A DNA stretch of 64,000 nucleotides. Origin: an uncultured virus (IMG/VR IMGVR_UViG_3300020231_000201) (lineage: Duplodnaviria; Heunggongvirae; Uroviricota; Caudoviricetes). The translations under genes and the position numbers were made by a program. The stretch lies in the IMG/VR virus record IMGVR_UViG_3300020231_000201. One strand, given 5' to 3'. The first letter of the stretch is position 1, and every line of letters starts with the position of its first letter. The notes under the pieces are model-generated. The model did no database searches. It was not told where the DNA came from and was given only the letters and a program-made list of their open reading frames with translations. Positions 1-10,097 of this stretch are shown in pieces.

Positions 1-1437
1 CAAGGTATGCGTGGAGGAGGAAAATCAGTCCTTGATGAGATGGCAGCCGAACAATTGCATCTACAAGGATGGACAATTCTTGATCTGTTGGGAGCTAGAA
101 ATGGAGAGAATTTATTTTGGGCAATAAACAAAAATCACAAGGAAGAATGGAGAAAAAAATGTATTCAAGATCCCAGCCTGAAAGGTTTGCCACACTGTCA
201 ATGTAATAGAAGTTACCCGATCACAGTTTTAATTCCTGAATACATGGAGTTTGATAGAAAATTATTAGATAAATTCAATGAAATATATCTTACAAAACCA
301 CAGTATGTTAGATACTGCAAAGAAAATAGGTTCGTTCCAGAATGGGATAGCAAAAAACCTCCAAGATGGGATCAAATAAATACTAAGTGGCAACCAAAAA
401 TAAGATTAAGATTACTTCCTGCACCTACAACAACCGGTTCAAACAAACAGTTAATAGAAGAAATTTTTTGGAACGCAGTTGTAGAAGCTAGAAAAGAAAG
501 AAGAATAATCTGTATGAATCCAATGTTTTTTCCAAACGAGTATCATAAATTTAGAATATTGGAAATAATTATTCGTAGTCTTGGAAGAATGATGTATACA
601 CACTTTCGACCATTAACAGAAGAAGAAGTTGGCAAACCAAGATCACAATGGACTAAATTTCAACGAAACCATCATAGAGTTTGCGTAGTAATGCGAGAGT
701 TCGGAGAAGTTACAGCAGCAGTATTAAAAGGAGAAAACCAATCTACATTGGCAAAGAAAGCTCTACTAGATTACATTCGTCAAACTCGCCATTACAATAT
801 TTCATTAATTGGCGATTATCAAAGACCTGACGATGTTTTTTCTGGAATCAGAGATCAGGCCGATATCTTCATTCTAAAAAGATCTCCACGAAAATTATTA
901 GGTGATGCTTGGAAATGGATATTCGATGATATAGAAAAACGTAGAGAGAAAATAATTTTCAAGTATGGATTACAACGTGGTACGGAAATTGCCGACAATG
1001 TGATCCCAAAGATTCAGGAACTAGGAAACAATTATGCTTATGTTGTATACATTAATGACAAATACAAACTGTGGAAAATCAATACACCAAACTTTCATCA
1101 CAAAGATAGAGAAGATCATTTTGAAGTTGTAACAGGATTAAAGTGGGTTGAAAAAGCACACGGAAAAATCAATCTAAAGAACGTAGCTAAATCAGCAGAA
1201 AAGAATCAAGAGGATGCACTAAAAGATTCTTGGGAATCTAAGATGTATGAAGTGATTAGAGGAATGGCAAGACCACTTTCACCTAAGAAACCAAAGAAGT
1301 GGAGTTTAGTATTTGAAGAAGTTGCAGAGATGGTTGGTAATGGTGTTTTAGATATGCCATCTACATGGTCCACTGCCGATGCGATGCGAAAATGGTTTTC
1401 AAGAAAGGAAAAGAAAATGTTAGCTCCACTCAAATAA
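1..1437 (+). CDS. P-loop ATPase, FtsK/HerA superfamily (A32/Zot-like), putative genome-packaging ATPase; 5'-truncated by the window edge
   Basis: Frame is open from base 1: QGMRGGGKS = Walker A. VCVVMREF is Walker B-like. IRQTRHYNISLIGDYQ matches the R-x-x-RH...Q arginine-finger/sensor motif of A32-like ATPases. Confidence 0.7.
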   Translation, partial: QGMRGGGKSVLDEMAAEQLHLQGWTILDLLGARNGENLFWAINKNHKEEWRKKCIQDPSLKGLPHCQCNRSYPITVLIPEYMEFDRKLLDKFNEIYLTKPQYVRYCKENRFVPEWDSKKPPRWDQINTKWQPKIRLRLLPAPTTTGSNKQLIEEIFWNAVVEARKERRIICMNPMFFPNEYHKFRILEIIIRSLGRMMYTHFRPLTEEEVGKPRSQWTKFQRNHHRVCVVMREFGEVTAAVLKGENQSTLAKKALLDYIRQTRHYNISLIGDYQRPDDVFSGIRDQADIFILKRSPRKLLGDAWKWIFDDIEKRREKIIFKYGLQRGTEIADNVIPKIQELGNNYAYVVYINDKYKLWKINTPNFHHKDREDHFEVVTGLKWVEKAHGKINLKNVAKSAEKNQEDALKDSWESKMYEVIRGMARPLSPKKPKKWSLVFEEVAEMVGNGVLDMPSTWSTADAMRKWFSRKEKKMLAPLK

Positions 1438-1947
1438 TTGATGTCATAGTTACTTCCATTACAATATTATGCAAGAGTACTGCAACCAATCCAAGCTAAC
1501 AAAGATAATGGAAAAGTTCTTTGCAAAAACTATGTTGTCGAATACATTTGTTGTTGATTAGACCTACCCATTTGGAAAAATTCCCGTCAAGACACATTCG
1601 TTCAGATCTTTTTTTATAATTGATTTTTAATTGGTTTACGACTAAACACATTTGAAATATCTTAAGGTCGGTTTGTTCGGGCATAAAGTGGGCGGATTGC
1701 TGACCTATGTGTCCGAAATTTTTCCTCGTCAAAGGATCGATCCAGGTCAGGACACCGGACACCTGTCCACTATATAGGGCAGTGATGTGGGCGGTGTCCT
1801 GTTTAGATATTTCAAAAAACTTTTTCTTCCTTTTTGTATAATAGTGAAACAGAAGTATCAATCGTTGGCGTATGTGTCGCGCATATGAGGTTTATGTGAG
1901 AACATTAGTGTTAATATCAAATGTATATTGGTATGTTGGAGGTCAAA

Positions 1948-2053
1948 CCACCTCCAGCTAGCTTCCACCCTATGATTGAATAATTACTTTTACGAATAGA
2001 AAGTCCACCTCAAGCTAGCTTGATCTCATTAATTGAAAAACTACTTTTACGAA
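1948..2053. repeat. Two imperfect tandem copies (57-bp period) with AGCTAGCT palindromic core, upstream of ParB-like gene
   Basis: ccacctccagctagctt...tacttttacgaa (1948-1996) and ccacctcaagctagctt...tacttttacgaa (2005-2053); caagctagcttg at 2011-2022 is a perfect 12-bp palindrome. Confidence 0.85.
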
Positions 2054-2103
2054 ATAATTATTGACAACTATTTCTTTTATACATAGGATTAAAGCTAACA
2101 ACG

Positions 2104-3048
2104 ATGTCACAAAAAACCACAACGGAAACTTCTCAAAAGACAGCTCTCAACTCAATCAAAATAGTTGATGCAGAATTGATCAAAAAGATTGATGCAGAAA
2201 TGGTTGAACTTTTCATCTCAAAAGAAGAACAAGAAACATTAGATGATGATGTAATTGAAGAAGGTCGTTTGATAAAATCAGCAGAAGAGATTGGTGGACA
2301 ATACATTCCAATTGCAGTTGCATACTGTCCGACTGATCCTACAATGCAAAAGAAACTTGACGGTAAAGACAATCCCAACTACAATCCAGAATCCTACTAT
2401 CGTGTTCATGGCAGAATAATTGATGGACGACACCGATACTTGAACGCAAAAGGTAGTGGAACTAAATGGGATATTACTTACTTCAACATCAAAGACTTTG
2501 ATCACTATGCAAAACTAAGAAAACATCTTGACCAAAAGAAAACTCCAAACAAGAAAGAAAATGAAGTTTTCTTTGAACAAGTTTGTAAACACAAGTTTGA
2601 AGTTCTTGGTATACCAATCGAAGATATCTGTAAACTAGTAGTTGATGAATATGCAAACACGATGTCAAAACCTGCAATCCGAAGTTACATTCCTTCACAA
2701 TACAAGGACTCGAAGATGGCAGCGATACGACAAGGTGCAACAAAGGAACTTGAAGAAACAGTTGCAGGTAAAAAGATTGCAGAGAAACTAAAAAAGAAAA
2801 CAGGAAAAGAACTGTCAAAGAAAGATAAGGAGATAGAAAAACTTCACACAGAAGAAACCGAAAACCTCAACAAGATTATTGATCTCGAAACGCTAATCAA
2901 AGGTCGAGATGAGATTGTAAAAGAATACAATGATCTACAACCATTCCTTTCCGCAGTTCACACAGTAAAGGTAGAAGGAGCTGATATGCAAGTTGAAGTC
3001 AAAATGGATTTGACAAAAAAGGAAATTATTGTGAAACAGATAAAATGA
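2104..3048 (+). CDS. ParB/Sulfiredoxin-like domain protein with C-terminal coiled coil
   Basis: GRIIDGRHRY motif (DGxHR of the ParB/Srx fold); TTTATA about 25 nt upstream; T-tract after the stop. Confidence 0.7.
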   Translation: MSQKTTTETSQKTALNSIKIVDAELIKKIDAEMVELFISKEEQETLDDDVIEEGRLIKSAEEIGGQYIPIAVAYCPTDPTMQKKLDGKDNPNYNPESYYRVHGRIIDGRHRYLNAKGSGTKWDITYFNIKDFDHYAKLRKHLDQKKTPNKKENEVFFEQVCKHKFEVLGIPIEDICKLVVDEYANTMSKPAIRSYIPSQYKDSKMAAIRQGATKELEETVAGKKIAEKLKKKTGKELSKKDKEIEKLHTEETENLNKIIDLETLIKGRDEIVKEYNDLQPFLSAVHTVKVEGADMQVEVKMDLTKKEIIVKQIK

Positions 3049-3095
3049 CTGTCAAAATCCCTCACTTCTTTTTTTATTTTGGATGGTGTTAAACA

Positions 3096-3383
3096 ATGAG
3101 TCATAAAGGAATTATTGGAATTATTATTGTTGTATCAGTGATTGTTATTGGGGGTTATTCTACAATGGCGTTAATAGAACAACAAGAACCAATACAAGTC
3201 TTAATCAATTCTATTCAACAAGATATAACAGAAAATATTTCATTATCTGATGAAGCAATCGTAAAGAATCTAGTGGGAGATCTCACTAACGAAAGGGGAA
3301 GAATTAACACAGTTAATGGAACAAACCATCATGTAATAATTGATGATGGTATAGGAGTAGAAGGAACTGTTGCACAAGAATAA
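3096..3383 (+). CDS. Small membrane-anchored protein
   Basis: N-terminal hydrophobic helix IIGIIIVVSVIVIGG. Confidence 0.7.
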   Translation: MSHKGIIGIIIVVSVIVIGGYSTMALIEQQEPIQVLINSIQQDITENISLSDEAIVKNLVGDLTNERGRINTVNGTNHHVIIDDGIGVEGTVAQE

Positions 3384-3673
3384 TGGATGGAATAATTATT
3401 GATCCACCAATTGCTAAATTAATAATTAACGGAGAAAGAAAATATGATTTTAGAAAATCAAAACCGCCTAATGATAAGAAAGGAGTTCCACTATATCTAA
3501 TAACAGATGATTTCGTTTTAGGAGAAATTATGATTACCTTAGCTCGGTATAATCAATTAAAACATTGTTACTATTGGGAATACCGAGTTATGAAAAAATA
3601 TCCAAAATCAAAAAAGATAATTAACATATTTAAAAACGGAGATTGGGGAAAGGACATCGATATTGGCGAATGA
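3383..3673 (+). CDS. ASCH/PUA-like domain protein
   Basis: IIIDPPIAKLIINGERKYDFR resembles the ASCH signature (P-x-A-x-x-I-x-x-G-x-K-x-x-E-x-R). Confidence 0.6.
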   Translation: MDGIIIDPPIAKLIINGERKYDFRKSKPPNDKKGVPLYLITDDFVLGEIMITLARYNQLKHCYYWEYRVMKKYPKSKKIINIFKNGDWGKDIDIGE

Positions 3674-3866
3674 AGAATCATGGGATGAGTTTTTAACAAG
3701 ATTAAGAATTAATGCGAAAAATGGAGGTTCATATTGTTTCGAGTGTTCAATTATGTTTGATACGGTAATCGAATCTCGAAAACATGATTTTGAAAAACAT
3801 TATGATTATGCCTTAGAACAATGCGGTGACAAGAAAAAATTAATTGAATGGATGAATCTAAAATGA
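3663..3866 (+). CDS. Small C2H2-type zinc-finger protein
   Basis: CFEC-x12-HDFEKH spacing. Confidence 0.5.
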   Translation: MANEESWDEFLTRLRINAKNGGSYCFECSIMFDTVIESRKHDFEKHYDYALEQCGDKKKLIEWMNLK

Positions 3867-4177
3867 AACTGCAAAAATCATTCTACGCTAGATGTGTAAT
3901 GGCTTCCATTCAAATTGCGATGATCGTAACTGCGATATTATACACCGGAATTGACGAAGCTGAATTTGAAGAATCTAGGGGAGAAATATGTAAAGAAAGA
4001 GAAGAAATCACTGGATTCTGTCTAGAGTATGAAGAAGTTGTCTTTGAAAAGATTAATCCATTTTTAATATTTCTATTAATTGGTATTGTTAGTTTCTCTT
4101 TAGCTATGAATATTAAAGAACTCAGATCAAAATACAAAATTGCCAAATATGGAACAAATTGGAGAGATAAGATATGA
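3863..4177 (+). CDS. Two-TM membrane protein
   Basis: Two hydrophobic segments; start placed at the ATG overlapping the upstream stop (track start 3848). Confidence 0.6.
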   Translation: MKLQKSFYARCVMASIQIAMIVTAILYTGIDEAEFEESRGEICKEREEITGFCLEYEEVVFEKINPFLIFLLIGIVSFSLAMNIKELRSKYKIAKYGTNWRDKI

Positions 4178-4956
4178 TAGAACAACAAATCCTTGATGGA
4201 TTTCAATTAGACAAAGTTACCCCATCAAAACCTGTTTTATTAATTGGAGATTGCATGGAAATTATGAAATCATTTCCTGTATTGTCAGTTGATCTGATTA
4301 TTGACGATGTTGGCTATGATGATTTAGAAAAAGATCGATCAATAGGAACAACAACAAGGCTTACCGAAAAGACTGGAACTAAATGGTATAGACTGACATC
4401 ATACTATGATACAATTCCAATATATTCACAAATACTAAAAAGAAACCGTCACATCTATTTTTGGCGACCAGCTATTAACAAGGGTTCATTACAAAACTGG
4501 AATGTATTGTTAGATACACAGGGAGTCATGTCAAAAAATAATTTCAAACTAAGAAAGGTAATTCCTGTTAAGAAAAATTATAGAGGAATGGGATATAGTT
4601 ACAATGCACGACACGAAAACATTTTGTATGCAATAAAGGGAAATGCAAGGCAGTTAAATGATCTAAATTATCCAGATATATTTGATGTAAAGTGGAAGCA
4701 TCCACAAAGTTTGGATAAAATACACACATCAGAAAAACCAATAGAAGCATACAAAATTATGATTGATAATTCATCTAACAGAGGAGAAATAATTTTAGAG
4801 CCTTTTGCTGGATCATTTCAATCCGCACTTTGTAATATAAAATACAGAATGGGAAGAAAAGTTATTGGTATTGAAATAGATGAAGAAAATGCAAAAAAGA
4901 CAGCAGAAAATTATGAAAGAGTTACTAAGAAAAAATTAACTGTGCAAAGGTTGTAA
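4174..4956 (+). CDS. Site-specific DNA methyltransferase (N4-C/N6-A, beta class)
   Basis: GDCMEIM; degenerate motif IV DLIIDDVGY; HTSEKP; motif I ILEPFAGS; GIEID. Confidence 0.85.
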   Translation: MIEQQILDGFQLDKVTPSKPVLLIGDCMEIMKSFPVLSVDLIIDDVGYDDLEKDRSIGTTTRLTEKTGTKWYRLTSYYDTIPIYSQILKRNRHIYFWRPAINKGSLQNWNVLLDTQGVMSKNNFKLRKVIPVKKNYRGMGYSYNARHENILYAIKGNARQLNDLNYPDIFDVKWKHPQSLDKIHTSEKPIEAYKIMIDNSSNRGEIILEPFAGSFQSALCNIKYRMGRKVIGIEIDEENAKKTAENYERVTKKKLTVQRL

Positions 4957-5166
4957 TTGATAACGGTAAATAGTATTTTTACGAGTTGCATACAATTTAT
5001 TCACAAGTTTCAAATAAGTTGAACTCATTTCAGTATGAAGTCCTCGCACATATTTTTCTTGTTGTCTAGCTTCTTTTGGACAAGTAATAATATCCAAATC
5101 TTTTTCAGCAATTTCAATTTCGGCTGCAAGTGAAGCTATCTTCTCTATTTCATTCAACAATAACAC
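4936..5166 (-). CDS. Hypothetical protein
   Basis: Last gene of a four-gene overlapping minus-strand run (4936-5798). Confidence 0.55.
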   Translation of the reverse strand: MLLLNEIEKIASLAAEIEIAEKDLDIITCPKEARQQEKYVRGLHTEMSSTYLKLVNKLYATRKNTIYRYQLQPLHS

Positions 5167-5365
5167 CCAAGTTAGTTAAAATTTTTACATATTTCTTTAA
5201 GACTTTTTGTTGATTTTCAGTTGAGGCAAAACCATGAACATTAGCAACTTGTTGCCAAGCATCAACTAAAGAAACTATTTCAGGATAGATTTTTCTTAGT
5301 TCTTGTAGATTTTTTAATATAAAATTAATATCCTCATTCATTTTGTTTTTCTCCCATTCTGCCAA
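5150..5365 (-). CDS. Hypothetical protein
   Basis: Overlapping minus-strand run. Confidence 0.55.
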   Translation of the reverse strand: MAEWEKNKMNEDINFILKNLQELRKIYPEIVSLVDAWQQVANVHGFASTENQQKVLKKYVKILTNLGVIVE

Positions 5366-5577
5366 ACTAATGGCTTACTTGGTTGGAATTTAAATTTACA
5401 AAGTTTACAGTAACCTTTCTGTCTTACATATCCTTTCTTGCTACATCTAGGACAGATAGAGTAAACAGTTTTCATGTCAGTAGTAATTTTCTCCTTTTTC
5501 ATTACTACACGATTATTTAGTCTACGAGTAATTCGCTTGGTGTCGTTTGCATAATCTTTCTTATTGAATACACTCAA
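5338..5577 (-). CDS. Small zinc-ribbon protein
   Basis: CPRC...CKLC. Confidence 0.6.
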   Translation of the reverse strand: MSVFNKKDYANDTKRITRRLNNRVVMKKEKITTDMKTVYSICPRCSKKGYVRQKGYCKLCKFKFQPSKPLVWQNGRKTK

Positions 5578-5798
5578 AATCCAAACCAGCTTCTACTTCC
5601 AGATTCTTTGGCTTTAGGATTTGATTTTAGAATTTCTTTACCCTTTGCAATAACTTTTTCACCTTCAGAAGCAGTGTTACATTTTCTTTCTTCTTTTACA
5701 ATTGTAACTTTTTCTGGATCGTTCTCACCATCAATTACTTCGACATCATTTAGAAGAACTATCTCATCTTCGTCAGTTTCTATTTTCTCCTTCCCCAA
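5574..5798 (-). CDS. Hypothetical protein
   Basis: First gene of the minus-strand run; stop overlaps the next start. Confidence 0.55.
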   Translation of the reverse strand: MGKEKIETDEDEIVLLNDVEVIDGENDPEKVTIVKEERKCNTASEGEKVIAKGKEILKSNPKAKESGSRSWFGF

Positions 5799-6001
5799 GA
5801 TTTTTTGATAAAACTATTTTAGTAATAAAAGTAGCGATTCTATGATGGAGTATCGATTATGGTGTTCAATTCTTATATGGCTGGGCATAAAAAAAATAAG
5901 ATGCCAACAGATGAGAGTTATGACAGAAGAACAGGCTTTGGAATTTCGAGAAATTATGAATGGCATACCACTAAATATGTTGGATTTAGCTGGAGAGAAT
6001 T

Positions 6002-6550
6002 ATGCCTGGTCGGTTAAACAAAAGAGAGATCGATCTTTACTATCCTGCATTAATAATACGAGATGGAGAATATTGTCGGCTTTGCGGATCAATGCCAAGC
6101 GAACTAAAAGTCGATAAATTAGAAATTCACGAAATAAAATATGAAAGACCGTTAAGACTTATCAATATGTGCATACTTTGTCATGGATGCAATCATCTTC
6201 AAACTCTAAACAAGGAAAACATTGAAGGCGGAGAGGCAGTTCCAGTAACATATCGTGCAAGTAGAGTTATTCACCCAATCTTTTTAGAATATGTTTCTAC
6301 CAAAATGCAAAACTCAATCAAAGACGGTTGTGATTACAATAAACTTCTTGCAGATGCGTGTCTATATACAGGAATGAGAAAACAAACAATTCAAAATTGG
6401 CTTTTCCCTCTCTATGAAGGAGAAACTAGTCCATACATAATGTGGGGAGATCGATTATACCTCAAAGGTCGAGAACCAAGAGGAAAGATGCAAAATCTAC
6501 CAACAAGAGAAGAAGAATTATCAGAACAAAATCAACAAAAATTGAAATGA
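6002..6550 (+). CDS. HNH endonuclease-like protein
   Basis: RDGEYCRLCG...LEIHEI...NMCILCHGCNH. Confidence 0.75.
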   Translation: MPGRLNKREIDLYYPALIIRDGEYCRLCGSMPSELKVDKLEIHEIKYERPLRLINMCILCHGCNHLQTLNKENIEGGEAVPVTYRASRVIHPIFLEYVSTKMQNSIKDGCDYNKLLADACLYTGMRKQTIQNWLFPLYEGETSPYIMWGDRLYLKGREPRGKMQNLPTREEELSEQNQQKLK

Positions 6551-6754
6551 TGGCAACCCTTCCGATACAAACAGGAAGAAATGTTTGAGGCATAACATCC
6601 TGCGATTCTGGAAAGGCTACCACCAATAAAAAATGATTATGATTTAACAATATTACTGACAATTTATCAGTAAATGTTGTGTAGTTAATTTAACAAAAAT
6701 GAATGATAATCTATACTAGTTCATCTTTTCCCTCTTGGAAATCGTCACTTCTCA

Positions 6755-7972
6755 ATGAGGCATAACACAGTATTAGTAATTCCACTAATAGCAGTTCTCA
6801 TGCTATCTTTTGGAGTTATTTTTGAACCACAAAACGCATATGCTGGAATCCCCGAAGTAGATTGCTCGGAAGGAGAGACTTCACTCAAAGCTCCGCCAGT
6901 AGTAACATCAATTGTTCCTACCTCGGATGGTGCAGTAGTTGATTGGACACAAGCAGAATTAGATGTTGACATTAGCTTCTTTTTCTTCAGCTTCCATCTA
7001 CTATGTGCATTTCCACATCACTTTGAGATAGAAGTAACAACTTCATTACCAGTATTAGGACCATTCCTATTTGAAGATGATACAATTCCAGGTGGAGATA
7101 GTGGAACATACACTCTCACTGATCTCGACTGTGGAACAACGTACTTCTTTGATATAGACGGACTTTGGAGAACACCATTCTTCTCGGAAACATTCTTGGG
7201 TGGATTCCATATTGACGGTGCGGATGAAACTTTCACAACATTACCGTGTGGAGGTAGCGGTGGTGGTGTAGTAGGTCACTTTGTAAACAATCAACAACCT
7301 AGTATCGGTATAACCGAAAGCGGTAAACGAGTAGTTGATGGTGGAATCACAGTAACAACAGGAACTATATCAAAAACTGTTGATGCTGACTTTTTCCATA
7401 CACCATTCCCATTGATACAAGCAGAAATTGGGCAACCAATTGACTTTGTATTTGTCATATGGGATGATCGACTAGATAACATCAAACAATTACAGGTTGA
7501 ATTCGGTAAGGGAAAAGTAGGTGAGTCTTTCACGATGGAACACTCGGCTATTTGGAAAAGAGATGTGATGTCAGGAGTTGTAACCGTAACCCATGATCCA
7601 ATGTTTAAAGACGTTATCATGGAAAAAATTGCTGACAAACCTTGCAGAACAGGATCAACAAATTGTACTGTAATTCATGTAAGACTAACTCCCACACAAG
7701 CAATAGTCGGAGATGTAGTCTTTGGAGTTAATATCTGGGATCAAGCTGGTAATGCAGTAACAACTTTCTTCAATGACGGAATCCAATTTGGAACAGAAGA
7801 AGATGTAATAGATGAAGAACCAACATCAACAGTAGTTGTCAAAAAACAATTACGAACAGATGATGGATGGGGAAACATCGACAAGCGATATTCAGAAGCT
7901 TTTGCTATGAAACTAGCATGGCATAATGAACAGGTTCAAAAGAAAGTAATCGAATTAGGATATGTATTCTAA
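6755..7972 (+). CDS. Secreted/surface protein with FN3-like domain and beta-rich C-terminal domain
   Basis: Signal peptide ending NAYA; YTLTDLDCGTTYFF is FN3-like; Gly linker; C-terminal part is in the style of Nitrosopumilus exported proteins. Confidence 0.7.
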   Translation: MRHNTVLVIPLIAVLMLSFGVIFEPQNAYAGIPEVDCSEGETSLKAPPVVTSIVPTSDGAVVDWTQAELDVDISFFFFSFHLLCAFPHHFEIEVTTSLPVLGPFLFEDDTIPGGDSGTYTLTDLDCGTTYFFDIDGLWRTPFFSETFLGGFHIDGADETFTTLPCGGSGGGVVGHFVNNQQPSIGITESGKRVVDGGITVTTGTISKTVDADFFHTPFPLIQAEIGQPIDFVFVIWDDRLDNIKQLQVEFGKGKVGESFTMEHSAIWKRDVMSGVVTVTHDPMFKDVIMEKIADKPCRTGSTNCTVIHVRLTPTQAIVGDVVFGVNIWDQAGNAVTTFFNDGIQFGTEEDVIDEEPTSTVVVKKQLRTDDGWGNIDKRYSEAFAMKLAWHNEQVQKKVIELGYVF

Positions 7973-7981
7973 TTCATCAAT

Positions 7982-7990
7982 CTTTTTTTT
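7982..7990 (+). terminator. Oligo-T archaeal-type terminator
   Basis: cTTTTTTTT directly after the 7972 stop; similar tracts near 3068, 15506 and 23610. Confidence 0.5.
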
Positions 7991-8012
7991 AAGGTAACAT
8001 TACCTTAAGGAC

Positions 8013-8111
8013 ATGATCAACTATCTATCCAAACGTTCTCTAATCATAGCAATTGTATTGAATGTTGGAATAATTGTTGGTAGTGTTGCAGTTGGTTGGA
8101 TTATCAAATGA
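8013..8111 (+). CDS. 32-aa single-TM peptide (not in ORF track)
   Basis: MINYLSKRSLIIAIVLNVGIIVGSVAVGWIIK; preceded by the inverted repeat TTAAGGTAA-ca-TTACCTTAA (7989-8008). Confidence 0.5.
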   Translation: MINYLSKRSLIIAIVLNVGIIVGSVAVGWIIK

Positions 8112-8407
8112 AATGTGTCCATTCTTGGTCCATTCTTTGTGTTCAAGTGAAATGAATGTGTCCATTCCTAGTGTCCGTGTGTCCACAGTCGCCTGGATTT
8201 TAGGACCATCATGTTTTCGTGACTAAATTGAGGCGACTTTTAGGCACAAGTTGAGGCGACACACACGCCATACCCATAGTATATGCTAGACAACATTTCA
8301 TGGACTGACTAATCAATAACTGACCTAAGACCTTGTGAGCTACCTTTGCTAAACCCAGCTCAAATACCTAGCTCAACAACTTGCTTAGCAACCTATTGAA
8401 CGAGTTA

Positions 8408-8445
8408 CTAAGCAAAGATGCTAAGCAAAGATGCTAAGCAAGATC
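8408..8445. repeat. 13-bp tandem repeat, about 3 copies (ctaagcaaagatg)
   Basis: ctaagcaaagatg ctaagcaaagatg ctaagcaagatc. Confidence 0.9.
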
Positions 8446-8835
8446 TAGGCGACTATTATTCGTAAATTCACTCGACAGAGAGAGAGAGAAAGAGAGAAAG
8501 GAAAACACGAACACGATCATTTGGTATACCATTTAATGAGTAATTATTGAGTTCCGTGCCTTAAATCACTGAACGAAGAAAAAGAAATAATTGTGGAGGA
8601 GAAATCTGTTGAACCCTCGATATCAATAAGATACTCCCCATTCCTCCACAAGAAAAAAATTATGTAACAAGGATGAAACAAGGATTACCTAGTCTAAACC
8701 CCAAGATCCTAAACGGTTTTAAAAACAAGAACATTAATGAGAATGATTGTAGGAAAACTCTCAATAATGTCAAAGTATGGCATTAGCTGTACGCCCAAAA
8801 CTTACAATCTCCCCTCATAATAGGTGAGGGGATTC

Positions 8836-8933
8836 ATCTTGCAACATAAAAAAATAAGTTGGCATCAAATGGAATACTCACAACAATCTTGCAACATAAA
8901 AATAAGTTGGCATCAAATGAATACTCACAACAA
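8836..8933. repeat. About 50-bp tandem duplication
   Basis: atcttgcaacataaaaaaataagttggcatcaaatggaatactcacaaca followed by a copy 3 nt shorter. Confidence 0.95.
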
Positions 8934-8950
8934 CTCGTAATTGTAATTTG

Positions 8951-9030
8951 ATTGGGATTTCATCAAGTCACTAGCAACAAACCTTTCAGAAATGAAGTAA
9001 CTTGAATCCCTTACCCAATGTCTAGCCAAC
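8951..9030 (-). ncRNA. Candidate structured RNA motif, copy 1
   Basis: Minus strand: auuggg-UAAGGGAU-ucaaguuac...gugacuuga-UGAAAU-cccaau. The G.U pair works only on this strand. A second copy with compensatory stems lies at 10098-10169. Confidence 0.5.
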
Positions 9031-9064
9031 TTAAAAAACCAAACGATGAACTATAATACTAACC

Positions 9065-9772
9065 TTAGTGTTTAATGTAACTGACAAAAAAGACATCTTC
9101 ATTCCAGCAATCCCTACAAGAACCACAATATCCATGAGTGATATTATGACGACCATTCTTCACTTCAACCGTTTTTGTATGAGCTAAACAAGTAGGATTT
9201 TTTGTAACAACTGCTGAAACCTGAACATGAAGTTGTTTTGCAAGTTCAATTGGAGGATCACGATCAATCATATGTGCTGATAAAATAATTTTCAAATTAG
9301 CAGGTTTCACAAATCCAAGTTCACGAAAATTCCTAATCATATCCCATTCTCTTGTTGGAAGCCAATGCAAACAATCAGGTGTTTTTAGACAAACTTCAAA
9401 AATTTTTAACAAATGCCAAAGTCCTTGAATATCTCCAGAATCATGCCATCTGAAATATGCAAGTTTATACGACTTTATCAAATAAACCAAAGCATCAACC
9501 CAATGAGTTTTTTTCAAAGTTCGAAATCTGCGTTCTTCAGCAGGAGCTACCTGATTAGTGAAATGCCATCCTTTCATAGCATAACAAACTTCACAGGTAG
9601 AACCAGGTACTTTCACTAAAGTCGATCCAGTAATACACCTTGTAGCAGGAATGGAGTAGCAATAAGTAGGAATTTTTGTTGGTTTGGACAGGCCACCAAT
9701 ATAATCAAGAGCTTCTTGATTAGTACGAAACTCAAGTTTGGCACACTTCCTCTCACGGACTACTTGCATCAA
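9065..9772 (-). CDS. GP88-like phage protein (Cys-rich, possibly Fe-S/radical-SAM-like)
   Basis: GGLSKPTKIP; C-x13-CEVCYA; YFRWHDSGD; HWLPTRE; C-terminal CGSCRDCW. Confidence 0.75.
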   Translation of the reverse strand: MMQVVRERKCAKLEFRTNQEALDYIGGLSKPTKIPTYCYSIPATRCITGSTLVKVPGSTCEVCYAMKGWHFTNQVAPAEERRFRTLKKTHWVDALVYLIKSYKLAYFRWHDSGDIQGLWHLLKIFEVCLKTPDCLHWLPTREWDMIRNFRELGFVKPANLKIILSAHMIDRDPPIELAKQLHVQVSAVVTKNPTCLAHTKTVEVKNGRHNITHGYCGSCRDCWNEDVFFVSYIKH

Positions 9773-10097
9773 CTAATTTCAAAGTAGTTTATGACTAACC
9801 TTTAGATCATCATACTCTCAACAATACAACTAAACAGTCAAAAAAATTCCATTTTATACTAGTATGGCATGGCATCAACCACTGTATATTATTGGCACAC
9901 AATAACTCCAGTGGATGCCATACTATTTTTGACAAAACAAAATATATCCATTTTACATTGTAGGGTTAAAGAGGCTCTTTTCTAAGAGCTTATCTTGTAG
10001 TCGTCTTTAAACCGCCAAATGACTTCGTGTACGTCTTCCCCTTGATAGTGTATGTCAAGGGGAGAAACTTTATTTCATAAGAAATTATAATTTCATG

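Noticed and set aside
1496..1861. 121-aa minus-strand ORF
   Set aside because: Atypical composition; overlaps a motif-rich GC patch that looks regulatory.
5842..6117. 91-aa ORF
   Set aside because: Overlaps the HNH gene by 116 nt with no recognisable features; uncertain.
8477..8505. (GA)n purine tract as a functional element
   Set aside because: Low-complexity microsatellite with no further support.
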